A stretch of DNA of 62,927 nucleotides, the filler included, from Chiloscyllium plagiosum (taxonomy: Eukaryota): the NCBI RefSeq assembly GCF_004010195.1. It is 5 parts of one record of this genome, joined end to end, with 100 filler letters (N's around TTAATTAATTAA, not from the genome) between each part and the next. Parts side by side here need not be neighbours in the genome. Positions count along the whole stretch, not along the records: positions 1 to 23,878 come from NC_057712.1; 4 more parts are not named here. One strand, given 5' to 3'. The notes below the pieces were generated by a model. It ran no database searches. It was not told the origin of the DNA and saw nothing but the letters and a program-made list of their open reading frames with translations. A program made the position numbers and the translations under genes. Shown here piece after piece: positions 12,090 through 23,515 of the stretch; positions within the stretch are counted from its first letter, which is position 1; each line of letters opens with the position of its first letter.

Positions 12090-12475
12090 GAGTAATAGAG
12101 TCATACAGCATGGAAACAGATCCTTCGGTCCATCCAGTCCATGTCAACCATAATCTCAAATGAAACTAGTCCAACCTATCTGTGCTTTGCCCATACCCCT
12201 TCAAACATTTCTTTTACATGTACTTACCTAAATGTCTTTTAAATGTTGTGACTGTACCTGCATCCTCCACTTCCTCTGGAAGGTCATTCCACACACATCC
12301 CACTCTCTGTGTAAAGAAATTTCCCCCATGTCATTTTTAAATCTTTCTCCTCTCATTTTAAAAACATGCCCCCAGTCTTGAAGTAGCCCATTTTAGGGAA
12401 AAGATATCTGCCATTCACCTAATCTATACCCTTCATGATTTTATAAATATCTATAAAGTCATCTCTCAACCTCCA
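12090..12475 (-). mobile_element. CR1 3' end
   Basis: tagagtcatacagcatggaaacag tail and CR1 3' ORF2/UTR sequence in reverse. Confidence 0.85.
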
Positions 12476-12586
12476 GTAATGTCATATCCCACGAATGAAT
12501 AAAAGAACTAACTCAAAGTTTGTGCGAAGATTTGTAGCTCGGGTGCTCGTTGTTGTGATTCTGTTCGCCGAGCTGGAAGTTTTTGT

Positions 12587-12627
12587 TGCAAACGTTTCGT
12601 CTCCTGGCTAGGCGACATCATCAGTGC
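12587..12627 (-). ncRNA. Type I hammerhead ribozyme (mirror copy in left arm)
   Basis: Reverse complement: gca-CTGATGA-t-gtcgcct-agcc-aggagac-GAAA-CGTT-tgc. Confidence 0.8.
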
Positions 12628-12912
12628 TTGGGAGCCTCCTGCGAAGCGCTTCTTTGATGTTTCCTCCGGTGTTTATAGTGGTCTGTCCCTGCCGCTTCCG
12701 GTTGTCAGTTTCAGCTGTCCGCTGTAGTGGTTGGTATATTGGGTCCAGGTCGATGTGTTTGTTGATGGAGTTTGTGGACGAACACATCGACCTGGACCCA
12801 ATATACCAACCACTACAGCGGACAGCTGAAACTGACAACCGGAAGCGGCAGGGACAGACCACTATAAACACCGGAGGAAACATCAAAGAAGCGCTTCGCA
12901 GGAGGCTCCCAA

Positions 12913-12952
12913 GCACTGATGATGTCGCCTAGCCAGGGGACGAAACGTTTGC
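12913..12952 (+). ncRNA. Type I hammerhead ribozyme (minimal stem III)
   Basis: gca-CTGATGA-t-gtcgcct-agcc-aggggac-GAAA-CGTT^tgc. Stem I gca/tgc can extend via ggagg/cttcc after an internal loop. ACGT palindrome at stem III; predicted cleavage after 12949 (GUU). Confidence 0.82.
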
Positions 12953-13613
12953 AACAAAAACTTCCAGCTCGGCGAACAGAACCACAACAAAAGAACTAAC
13001 TGTTTCATTTCAGACTGTAAGGGGCCTATATTTGGCTTCACTAATCTTTTACTTTTTACATATACAGAAGCTCTTTTCTGTTCCTTACAAGCTTACTGTC
13101 ATACTATATTATCTCCTCTTAACCTCTCAGTGTTCCTTACCTGAATTCTAAACTACCCCAAGTCATATCTTGAGTATTTCCAGCATTTTTTGCTTTTTAT
13201 CTAGAAACCCTGACTTTAAAGTAACTGGTGTTGTCCATTGAAAGGCCAATTACCCTGATCTTAAGATGAACACATTGGATGTAAACTCCTGAAGAAACTG
13301 TTATTGTCTTGATGCTCTCTGCTCTAAAATTTACTGGTGAGAAGGTCTCACGTGTGTCGCTAGTATGTACCCTCCCTCCAGGGCTATCAATAGGACAAGC
13401 CACAGGCATGGGCTCCAAAACATTCCTGGGCTGAGCTGCATTGGTTACAGATTACACCCACATTCCAGTCTTGCCTGAAGGTCCTTCCTCCTCGGTCATT
13501 CCATTCCAACATCACAAAGAGTGGAAGTCTGAAACTGAGCCAGTGTTGATAAGCAGTTCTCTATAACTCTCCTGTAGGGCATTTCAACCTTTTAATATTC
13601 CTGGCAATTGCAC

Positions 13614-14411
13614 GTAGTGTCCTTGAGACCCTTTGGGAAAAGGAGAAGGCGGATCCTGTTGAGCGATTCCCCGGGCAGATGGTCAAAGTCATTTAGCAGA
13701 ATGCCTCATTGCCAGAACTTTCCAACAAGCACCAAGACATGGTTTTGCTGGTGGTGAGAAGGGCTCTCACTGCACACCCGGACTCTCTGCCGCACCGCAC
13801 GCTGCCGCCGAAGCGGCTGCAGGGGGGGGACGAGACTGTCACACACCTCCTTCTGGAATGTGCCTATGCAAAGGAAGTCTGGAGAGGAATGCAGTGGTGT
13901 TTGTCGAGGTTCGTCCCGAGCAGCGCCGTGACGTGGGGCTCCGTGCTCTACGGTCTGTTCCCCGGGATGCACACCGAGACGAGCATCAACTGTGCCTGGA
14001 GGATCATCAACTCGGTGAAAGACGCTCTTTGGTCTGTCTGAAATCTGTTGGTCTTCCAGCTGAAGGAGTTGACCCTGACTGAATATTACAGACTGGCACA
14101 TTCCAAGGTCCAGGACTACGTGTTGAGTGATGTGCTGAAGCTTGGGGCAGCTGCCGCCAAGGCGCGGTGGGGAAAGACCACTGTGTAAGGTCTGCCTGCC
14201 TAAGAAGAACAGGGGGCCCACCCAGAAATTGGGCCCTGCTGACACCTCAGCTAAAAATCTGGATGGTCAATGTACAGACCTGTATATACGAATTATTAAT
14301 TCCGATCTCTGTATGTAAAGAAATGCAATGTGTGCATAAGAATGGCATGACCAATTGTATAGATATCAAAATAAATTTATGAATAAAGTATATTTTTGAA
14401 ATAAAAAAAAA
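13614..14411 (+). mobile_element. 5'-truncated Tx1/L1-clade LINE 3' end with poly(A) and TSD
   Basis: ETVTHLLLECAYAKEVW...AWRIINSVKDALW C-terminal zinc-binding region; aataaa plus A-tail at about 14382-14411; TSD tcctggcaattgcac (13599-13613 / 14412-14426). Confidence 0.88.
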
Positions 14412-15013
14412 TCCTGGCAATTGCACAAGTTTCTTGTTTACTTTTTAAATGTTTTTCCTGCATATGAAAAAATCACTGTGACTTACTAGGTTTCAAGTTG
14501 TTTGTCAGCCAATTAGCAAAGACGCTCTTTGGTCTGTCTGAAATCTGTTGGTCTTCCAGGTGAAGGAGTTGACCCTGACTGAATGTTACAGACTGGCACA
14601 TTCCAAGGTCCAGGACTACGTGTTGAGGGGCGTGCTGAAGCTTGGGGCAGCTGCCGCCAAGGCGCGGTGGGGAAAGACCACTGTGTAAGGTCTGCCTGCC
14701 GAAGAAGAACAGGGGGCCCACCCAGAAATTGGGCCCCGCTGACACCTCAGCTAAAAATCTGGATGGTCAATGTACAGACCTGTATATACGAATGATTAAT
14801 TCCGATCTCTGTATGTAAAGAAATGCAATGTGTGCATAAGAATGGCATGACCAATTGTATAGATATCAAAATAATTTTATGAATATATTTTTGAAATAAA
14901 AAAAAATTCCTGGCAATTGCACAAGTTTCTTGTTTACTTTTTAAATGTTTTTCCTGCATATGAAAAAATCACTGTGACTTACTAGGTTTCAAGTTGTTTG
15001 TCAGCCAATTAGC
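14018..15013. repeat. About 500-bp tandem duplication (Tx1 3' end plus about 105 bp of flank)
   Basis: 14018-14517 repeats as 14518-15013 with scattered substitutions and small indels. Confidence 0.95.
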
Positions 15014-15164
15014 CTCAGTGCAACCTATAAAATGGCCTCAGAAATTAACAAATGGGCACAAAATGGAGCTGGCTGGATGAAGTACACAAGGCTGAAGTAC
15101 CGGTTCCTCCCACTAAGGGGAGCACCCGAACCATGAGCAGCTTTAAAACCAGACTGAATCAACA

Positions 15165-16280
15165 GAACTCGAAGAGTGTGATGCTGGAAAAGCACAGCCA
15201 GTCAGGTAGCTTCCCAGGTGCAGGAGAATCGATGTTTTAGGCATAAGCCCTTCATCAGGAATGAAGCTTGTGGGCTAAGGGGGCTGAAAGATAAATGGGA
15301 GGGGAATGGGGCTGGGGAAACGTAGCTGGGAATGTGATAGGCAGATGGAGGTGGGGGTGAATGTGATAGCGTGGAGCGGATAGGTGGGAAGGAAGGTGGG
15401 TAGGTAGGATAGTCCTTGGCTGGTTGGGAGGGGGAGTTAAAGTATTCGGCCACAGGGAGATGGGGTTGATTAGTGCATGTGTCCCAGAGATGTTCCCTGA
15501 AACATTCCGCAAGTTGGCATCCTGTCTTCCCAATGTAGAGGAGACCACATCGGGAGAAAGTGAGGACTGTAGATGCTGGAGATCAGAGCTGAAAATGTGT
15601 TGCTGGAAAAGCGCAGCAGGTCAGGCAGCATCCAAGGAGCAGGAGAATCGACGTTTCGGGCATGAAGAAGGGCTCATGCCCGAAACATCGATTCTCCTGC
15701 TCCTTGGATGTTACAAGACCACATCGGGAGCAATGGACACGGTAGATGACGTGTGGAAGTACAGGTAAATCTCTTTGGATGTGGAAGGATCCTTTGGGGT
15801 CATGGACGGAGGTAAGGGAGGAGGTGTGGGTGCAGGTTTTGCACTTCTTGCAGTGGCAGGGTAAGTGCTGGGAGGGGAGGGTGGGTTGGTGGGTGGCGCA
15901 GACCCAACAAGGGAGTTGTGGAGGCAATGGTATTTCCCACATGGTTGATGATGCCCTCCAGCACATCTCCTCCACTTCCTGAAAATGTCCCCACCCACGT
16001 GGTCAACGTTGCTCTCCAGTGCATCTCCTCCATTTCCTTCACCTCCGTCCTTGAACCCCATCCCTCCAATCCCAACAAGGACAGAACGCCCCGGTCCTCA
16101 TCTTCCACCCCACCAAGCTCCAGGTATATTGCATTATTGTTTGCCATTTCTGCCACCTACAAACAGACCTCACCACCAGGGATACGTTTCCCTCTCCACC
16201 CCTCTTTGCATTCTGGAGAGACCATTCTCTCCGTGACTCCCATGTTAGATCCACGCCCCCTACCAACTCACCCTCTGTCC
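15165..16280. mobile_element. Rearranged Penelope-like fragments (GIY-YIG and pre-endonuclease region) in both orientations
   Basis: Minus strand CHCKKCKTC...HVIYRVHCSRCGL / LYIG and AEYFNSPS; decayed hammerhead at about 15230-15262; plus-strand piece 15990-16280. Confidence 0.85.
15557..15715. mobile_element. Asymmetric fold-back Penelope terminal insertion inside another Penelope copy, 15-bp TSD
   Basis: catccaaggagcaggagaatcgacgtttcgggcatga ... tcatgcccgaaacatcgattctcctgctccttggatg. TSD agaccacatcgggag (15542-15556 / 15716-15730). Confidence 0.85.
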
Positions 16281-16306
16281 AAGGTCCCAAAGGATCTGAC
16301 AGAGAT

Positions 16307-17825
16307 TTAGAGTCATAGAGATGTACAGCACAGAAACAGACCCTTCCGTCCAACCCGTCCATGCCAACCAGATTCCAACCCAATCTAGTCCCACCTTCCA
16401 GCACCCGGCCCATATCCCTCCAAACCCCTTCTATTCATATACCCATCCAGATGCCTTTTAAATGTCGCAATTGAACCAGCCTCCACCAGTTCCTCTGGCA
16501 GCCTATTCCACAAATGCACCACCCCCTGCGTGAAAAAATTGCCCCTTAGGTCTCTTTTATATCTTTCCCCTCTCACCCTAAACCTATGCCCTCTAGTTCT
16601 GGACTTCCACACCTCGGGGAAAAGACCTTGTCTATTTACCCTATCCATGCCCCTCAGGATTTTATAAACCTCTATAAGGTCATCCCTCAGCCTCCGACGC
16701 TCAAAGGAAAACAGCCCCAGCCTATTCAACCTCTCCCTGTAGCTCAAATCCTCCAACCCTGGCAACATCCTTGCAAATCATTTCTGAACAATTTCAAGTT
16801 TCACAACATCTTTCCGATAGGAAGGAGACCAGAATTGCGCACAATATTCCAAAAGTGGCCTCACCGATGTCCTGTACAGCCGCAACATGACCTCCCAACT
16901 CCTGTACTCGATACTCTGACCAATAAAGGAAAGCATACCAAACACCTTCTTCACTATCCTATTTCATGGAGCTATGAACCTGTACTCCAAGGTCTCTTTG
17001 TTCAGCAACACTCCCGAGAGTCTTACCATTAAGTGTGTAAGTCCTGCTAAGATTTGCTTTTCCAAAATGCAGCACCTCACATTTATTGAAAAACTCTATC
17101 TGCCACTTCTCAGCCCATTGGCCCATCTGGTCAAGATCCTGTTGTAACGTGAGGTAACCCTCTTCGCTGTCCACTACACCTCCAATTTCGGTGTCATCTG
17201 CAAACTCACTAACTATTCCTCCTCTGTTCACATCCAAATCATTTATATAAATGATGACAAGTAGTGGACCCAGCACCGATCCTTGTGGCACTCCACTGGT
17301 CACAGGCCTCCAGTCTGAAAAGCAACCCTCACCACCCTCTATCTTCTACCTTTGAGCCAGTTCTGTATCCAAATGGCGAGTTCTCCCTGTATTCCATGAA
17401 ATCTAACCTTGCTAATCAGGTTCCCATGGAGAACCTTGTCAAATGCCTTACTGAAGTCCATATAGATCACATCTACCGCTCTGCCCTAATCAATCCTCTG
17501 TGTTACTTCTTCAAAAACTCAATCAAGTTTGCGAGACATGTTTTCCCACCCACAAAGCCATGTTGACTATTCCTAATCAGTCCTTGCCTTTCCAAATACA
17601 TGTACATCCTGTGCCTCAGATTTCCCTCCAGCAACTTGCCCACTGCTGACGTCAGGCTCTCCGGTCTATAGTTCCCTGGCTTGTCCTTACCACTTTTTTT
17701 AAACAATGGTACCATGTTAGCCAACCTACAGTCTTCCGGCACCTCACCCGTGACTATTGATGATACAAATATCTCAGTAAGAGGCCCAGCAATCACTTCT
17801 CTAGCTTCCCACAGAGTTCTAGATT
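16307..17825 (-). mobile_element. CR1 LINE RT and 3' UTR, degenerate
   Basis: NYRPESLTSAVGKLLE, QHGFVGGKTCLANL, SGVPQGSVLGPLL, FADDTEIGG, RLGLFSFERRRLRDDLIEVYKI; tail tagagtcatagag. Confidence 0.95.
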
Positions 17826-18242
17826 TACTTGTGCTTCCACACATCATCTACTGTGTCTGTTGCTCCCGATGTGGTCTCCTCTATATTGGGGAGAGAGGAT
17901 GCCAACTTGCAGAACGTTTCACAGAACACCTCTGGGAGACACACATTACACAACCCCAATCCCCGTGGCTGAACACTTTAACTCCCCCTCTAACTCTGCC
18001 TGGGCCTCCTCCATCGCCAAACCCATCCCCCAATGCCTGGAAGAAGAACGACTCATCTTCCACCTTGGGATCTTCCAATCATACAGGATCAATGTGCCTT
18101 GGGCCACAAGCCTCATTCCTGATAAAAGGCTTATGCTCGAAACGTCGATTCTCCTGCTCCTTGACTGCCTGACCGTCTGTGTTTTTCCAGCACCACACTC
18201 TGCGACTATAATCTCCAGTATCTGCAGATGTTGCTTTCTCCT
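17826..18242 (+). mobile_element. Penelope-like GIY-YIG fragment and terminal repeat (decayed hammerhead)
   Basis: HIIYCVCCSRCGLLYIGE...LAERFTEHL; CTGATAA...GAAACGTC at about 18119-18146. Confidence 0.88.
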
Positions 18243-18334
18243 GAATCTACAGGAGCTCCATTTCCAAATGCTGCTCTGTTGTTACTCCCTTAGCTTTGCT
18301 GGGCATCACAACTAAATAGGTAAACTCAGTACCA

Positions 18335-18950
18335 TGTCTTCTCTCAATCAGTCTCTCTCACTCAGCTCCAATCTCTCAGTCTCTCTCCTTCTCAACTCCT
18401 ATCTCTCAGTCCATCTCAGCTCCATTCTCTGTCACTTTCTGAACCCCATCCCCAAATCTCACTCACTGAGCCCCGATCAGTTTTTCTCTCAAAACCTCCC
18501 TTTCAGTCTCACACCCTCCCAGTGTCCCTATCCCTCAGGGTCTCACTTTCTTTCTGAGCTTCTATCCCTCAGTTTCCCTTTCTCTCAGCCCCTATTCTCC
18601 AGTCTCACTCTTACTCCGAGCATATCCCTTGGTCACCCCCTCCCAATGAGCCTCTCACCCTCTGACTCTCTCTCTCTCTCTGAGCTCCTACCCTCAATCT
18701 TACTCTCTTCCTAAGTCCCAATCCCTCAGACTTACTCTGAGTCCTTATCCCTCAGCGTTTGTCTCTCCGTCTCACACTCACACAGCCCCATCCCTCAGTC
18801 TCTCTTTCACCCCAAGTCCTGATTTCTCAGTCATTCCTCATGTCCCTATCCCTGTCTCTCTCTCTCTGCAAGCCTCTATCCCTCACTGTCTTTAAGTGTC
18901 TATCCATCAGACTCTCTCTCTCTCTCCCCCTGAAGTCTTATTCCTCAGTC
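18335..18950. repeat. CT-rich low-complexity/degenerate tandem repeat
   Basis: Recurrent ctatccctcag and (tc)n motifs. Confidence 0.75.
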
Positions 18951-19624
18951 ACACATCACCACTTCTTCATGATAAGCAACCCAGTCCTGAATTCTCTCAA
19001 CCTGAAGGAACAGTCAGATCTAAGGGTCCCTGGGAGAGGGCTGTGCGCGCTATGAAGGTGCAGAATTACCATTTCTTGATGCTCCGCATTGCAATGTTGT
19101 CATATTTCATGGCAGCCATTTGATGGATGGTACGTGGACACATCACTATGCTGATTGATTGGACACCAACAACATTGATGATTGGCCGAGGTGTCACCAC
19201 GGGGAAAGCAACACAGAAATCATAAGCTCCCCAAGCTCCTGGGTAATTCAATAAAGGGCAAGACTTGCAAATACTCCTTTTGTTAGAACATGTCCCTGTA
19301 TATGAACCTATGTCAGGTCTTGCAAGGATAAATGAGTCACATCGCAAATTCAATTTGTTATTTTGAAGTTCTAAACTGTGATGCGGCTCCAAACATACCT
19401 TCCTGCACTATTCATTGCACCCCTGGCCTGATTGTAATGGCCGAGTTGGGGATATGCTGGACCCAAGAATGTAGACTGTGTTGCAAATATGATTCTGATG
19501 ATGGTCCACGGTGCCTCATGGATTCCCAGTTATCTTGAGTTGCTGGATCTCTCGGAAGCCCATCCTGTTTGGGACGGTGATAGTGCTACACAACACAATG
19601 GAAAGTATACTTAACGTGAAATAT

Positions 19625-20030
19625 AGAAACATGGAAAATAGGTGCAGGAGTAGACCATTTGTCCCTTCAAGCCTGCACCTCCATTCAATATGATCATGGC
19701 TGATCATGGAATCTCACTACCTCTTTCCCACTTTTTCTCCACACCCCTTGATTCTTTCAGCTGCAAGGGCCACTCCAGCTCCCTTTTGAATATATCTAAT
19801 GAACACCTTCCTGTGGGAGAGAATTCCAATGTTTCACAATTCTCTGAGTGAGGAAAATCTTCCTCATCTTAGTCCTAAATGGCTTACCCCTTATTTTTAG
19901 GCAGTGATCCCTAGTTCTAGGCTTCCCCAACATCGGGAACTCTCTTCCCACATCTAGCCTGTCCAGTCCCATCAGGATTTTAAATGTTTCTACGAGATCC
20001 TCCCCTCATTCTTCTAAATTCCAGCGAGTA
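19625..20030 (-). mobile_element. CR1 3' end (another subfamily)
   Basis: agaaacatggaaaataggtgcaggagtagaccatt...tgatcatggctgatcat tail and CR1 3' region in reverse. Confidence 0.8.
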
Positions 20031-21297
20031 GTTAAAGGTGGGAGTTTGTCTCCATGAGGACTGTGTGGTGGTCATTCTTACTGGTACTGTCAGGAACAGA
20101 TATATCTGTGACAGGGACTAATAAAGTTTTGGTTAGGTAGTAGTCTCAAGCAACATTAAATTTCGTTTATGGTTGAGACATGGTCAAAATGAATGCTAGA
20201 AGAGGTTGGAGGGGCACAAATTCCTATTTTGAAGAAGACTTTAATGTTGAATTTTATTTTTTTTTCCTTATTTTTCTACTTTATACCTTAGATTTTATAC
20301 CTTTATACCTCAGATGGCACCAGGAATGGTAACATTCACTGTGTCTCTGTACTTGACTACACATGACAATAAAGTCGAATTCTAATTCCCTGATAAATGA
20401 TAGACTGAGCCACCTAATCTTCACCTTATGCAAAGAGTCAAAATGCTGGTTCTGAATAATCCTGATGCTCTCAAGGACAAAAAGGGATTTCTGTTCTGTG
20501 TCCTATATCACATTTTTCCAGTCAGAGATCATGGAAAGGGGACATGGTTAGAGGAGATGGAAGAGAAAACTGGAGGGAGGGGAAAATATATCCAGCGACT
20601 TTGTGTTTATAATAATTAGTATTAAGTTAAGGAACCTCATGGAATGGTTTTGTGTAATAGCTCTGTGTCTGAAAGCAGAGAGCAGCCAGAGACAGCGTAA
20701 CCTCAGTCTGTTTGAAACTAACTCCAAACCTTCCCAGCAAGCATTCCAATCATCCCACCGCCCACCATCCCCCACGTCAATCTCATCAGCGCACACTCCC
20801 TGTTGCCTCGTAACAGAATTTTCTCTCCCGACAGACAGAATTAGCTCGGAAATAATTGGGACAGAAGTCATCCTTCTGTGTTTGGGAATGGTTATGGTAT
20901 CCCTTTCTCCTGAGAGAGCTCCTTGTGTCCCACCTCTGGGTAAACTATCCTGGATATTGAATTGAGAAGGCAGTGTGTTTTGAACTCCTTGAAGGGAAGG
21001 GGGAAGGGCTGTTTGCAGAAAAGATCACTCAGCCAAAGCAGTTGCAAGCTGCAAACCCACTAAGTAAAGCTTGCATTGGCAAAACTGCTGGGTAACAGAT
21101 GGGGGAAATAACAGAAAGGGTCTTACACAATAAGCGTGCTGTGTAAAAGAGGCCCCCTTCCCTCCTTTGTGAAATAACTCTACAGAGACTGGTATCCTAT
21201 CACTTTGAGTCACTCTTTCTATGTAGAGACTCCTTAACACTGATCCAGCTCCCTCAGAGACAGCTCTCAGAGTGAACAGAATCGCTGACACGCCTGG

Positions 21298-22380
21298 GTT
21301 TTTTTTATTTTATTAAACATTATAAGTTAAAAACAAATAATTAACTTTAACAGCTGTATACAGAGAAAGAGCAATTTACAAGGGAGAGGAGTGGCAAGGC
21401 TAGACCCCAAACCCCACCATTCAGCCAGTTTCCAGGGAAATGAGGACAAACCTCAAATCCCACTTTCAGTCATCACAAAAGTAACAGTACCAAACACATA
21501 CAAGACAGTGCAATTCAGATAAGAAACAGTGCATAGAATACAAAATCCTCCCCTCCCCTCCCCACCCAATCAAGCCTCCTGTCCCTCCCACCTTCCGGCT
21601 ACTCTAAGGCAGCCAGCCCCTACGCATCTTCTAGCTCCTGCTCCGCACCATGCCCCTTCCGGCTCTCGGTCTGCCCTGACAGCCCGCCCTGTTTACCCAC
21701 ACCCCCTCCCAGGATGACAGCGATCAGGACGGCCTACCAACCTGCGGCTTCTCTATCTGCCATTCACACCTTCCAGCCACTTCAAGGACAGCCCGCCCTG
21801 GTATTTGCCTGGGGAGACAGCACTGAGGATGGCCTACCCGCCTACCGGCTCTCGGTCTGACCCTATGTACCGTCTGATTCTTGCCCACCCCGACGCGCCA
21901 TCCGGCCTGTGGACTGCCCTGACATACCTTCCAGCCAGCTCTAGGACAGCCCATCCCCTTCCATGGGATGACGGCGCACGGGGCAGCCCACAAGCCTTCC
22001 AGATCTCTGTCTGCCCCTACCCACCTTCTGGCTCTCGGCTGCTCTGACACACCTTCCGACCACCTCTAGGACAGCCCATCCCGATTATCTCTTCTCGGGA
22101 CGACAGCGCTCAGAACGGCCGACCCACCTTCCGGCTCTCAGGGCGACTGGCATCAGGGCGACCTACCCACCTTCTGGCTTTCGGGGCAGCCTACCCACCT
22201 TCCGGTGCACAGGACGGCGTACCCACCCTCGCCTCTCGGGGTGACAGCTTTCAGGACGACCTACGAGCCTCCCAGCTCACAGTGAGGCCTGACAGACCCA
22301 GGGACACAAGACAGTGCAGGTGATAAATGCAATAGCCAACAAAACAGAGTCAATTATCAACAAACAAAGTCCATTACCAT
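21298..22380 (-). mobile_element. Probable non-autonomous poly(A) retroposon with internal GC-rich degenerate repeats
   Basis: T-run plus tttatt (AATAAA and A-tail on - strand) at 21299-21315; recurring cccaccttccggctctc...gacagc motifs at 21585-22300. Confidence 0.5.
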
Positions 22381-22606
22381 AAACAGTTCTCTTTGAAATG
22401 CAGAGTCCATTCCCAGGAATAGAGTCCACCCCAGTATGCAGAATGCATTGTCACAGATACAGTCCACAATGGTATGCAGAGTCTACTGCTGAAGGCAGCA
22501 AATACACACCCCACAACACACCAATAGGTGTTCAGTCTCCATAGAGGTTCTGGATCAGTGGTGCTGGAAGAGCACAGCAATTCAGGCAGCATCCGAGGAC
22601 AGGCAA

Positions 22607-22642
22607 AATCGACGTTTCGGGCAAAAGCCCTTCATCAGGAAT
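22607..22642 (-). ncRNA. Hammerhead ribozyme, mirror copy
   Basis: Exact reverse complement of 22644-22679. Confidence 0.82.
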
Positions 22643-22643
22643 A

Positions 22644-22679
22644 ATTCCTGATGAAGGGCTTTTGCCCGAAACGTCGATT
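22644..22679 (+). ncRNA. Minimal type I hammerhead ribozyme
   Basis: attc-CTGATGA-a-gggc-tttt-gccc-GAAA-CGTC^gatt: intact core, perfect 4-bp stem II, GUC triplet (predicted cleavage after 22675), ACGT palindrome. Confidence 0.85.
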
Positions 22680-23515
22680 TTGCCTGTCCTTGGATGCTGC
22701 CTGAATTGCTGTGCTCTTCCAGCACCACTGATCCAGAATCTGGTTTCCAGCATCTGCAGTCATTGTTTTTACCTTTTAGTCTCCACAGAGTCCTAGTTAA
22801 TCCACAGGAACACAGTACATTGTGAAGGTGCAGCTAACTCACAGGGGTTTGGTCCACTCTCAAAGACAGAGTCCACTCCTGAACTCCAGGACACAGCAAA
22901 TGCTCACCTCCCAGCACACACACAGAAATCTAGTCTTTACAGAGGCCTACCCTCAGGAACAGCTCATCTGGAAAGATGCATTTTTCTTCACAGGGGCTCA
23001 GTCCAAACACAAAAAATTGAAAACAAATTCAAAAGAGAGAAAACCAGAATGCAAGGGCTGAGCCCTGCCACAAAATCAGCATAATCCTTTTCTCAAAGTA
23101 AAAGAGGAAGGAGTAACACACAGGCTGTAACCAGCCAGTAAAACAACACTTCCCCAATGAGAACTGAGTTACACTTGTAACACAAAATCTGTTTAAATCA
23201 GCCAGTTTAGAATCAGTCCTCAATAAAAAGGAATACCAAAATATAAGCACTACCACCGTTAGGCAGTAGTGTGGGGGAAGAAAAAGTTAAAAAAAAAGAA
23301 ATACAAGTTCACAAACTGGCTATACAGTTCAGCCAGTTTAGGAATCGTGTTCCCCAAAATAAAAGCAGAAACCAACAGTCGTAGTATACACTGGATGTAG
23401 GCAGCCAGATCAGAATCAGTCCCCGACACAAACAGAGTGCCCTTGATAATGAGCCAACTCACAGAGTGAACAGAATCTCTGACACACCTGTTTTTATATA
23501 TTGTATTAAACAATA

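Larger units (their letters stand above)
12514..12988. mobile_element. Fold-back Penelope-like mini-element: 210-bp inverted arms, 21-bp spacer, 36-nt tail, 13-bp TSD
   Basis: Arms 12550-12759 / 12781-12990 are near-perfect reverse complements. TSD aaaagaactaact at 12501-12513 and 12989-13001. Arms encode NKHIDLDPIYQPLQRTAETDNRKR, the same as the GIY-YIG C-terminus at 60166-60525. Confidence 0.95.
22547..22774. mobile_element. Fold-back Penelope-like mini-element: 95-bp arms, 1-nt centre, 36-nt tail, 16-bp TSD
   Basis: 22548-22642 / 22644-22738 are reverse complements (one mismatch seen); tail 22739-22774; TSD ttcagtctccatagag (22531-22546) / tttagtctccacagag (22775-22790). Confidence 0.95.

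Noticed and set aside
12608..12932. Mirror-image 102-aa ORFs on both strands
   Set aside because: A direct consequence of the palindrome.
11750..15125. Shared motif cc(W)8gg...cacaaaatgga...ccactaaggggagcac at about 11755-11847 and 15023-15125, resembling CArG/CTCF sites
   Set aside because: Eight rather than six A/T bases, so not a CArG box; the CTCF match is imperfect; more likely remnants of a repeat, and on a different contig from SRF.
19066..19392. 108-aa ORF in non-repetitive-looking sequence
   Set aside because: No recognisable homology or convincing exon structure; needs tBLASTx.
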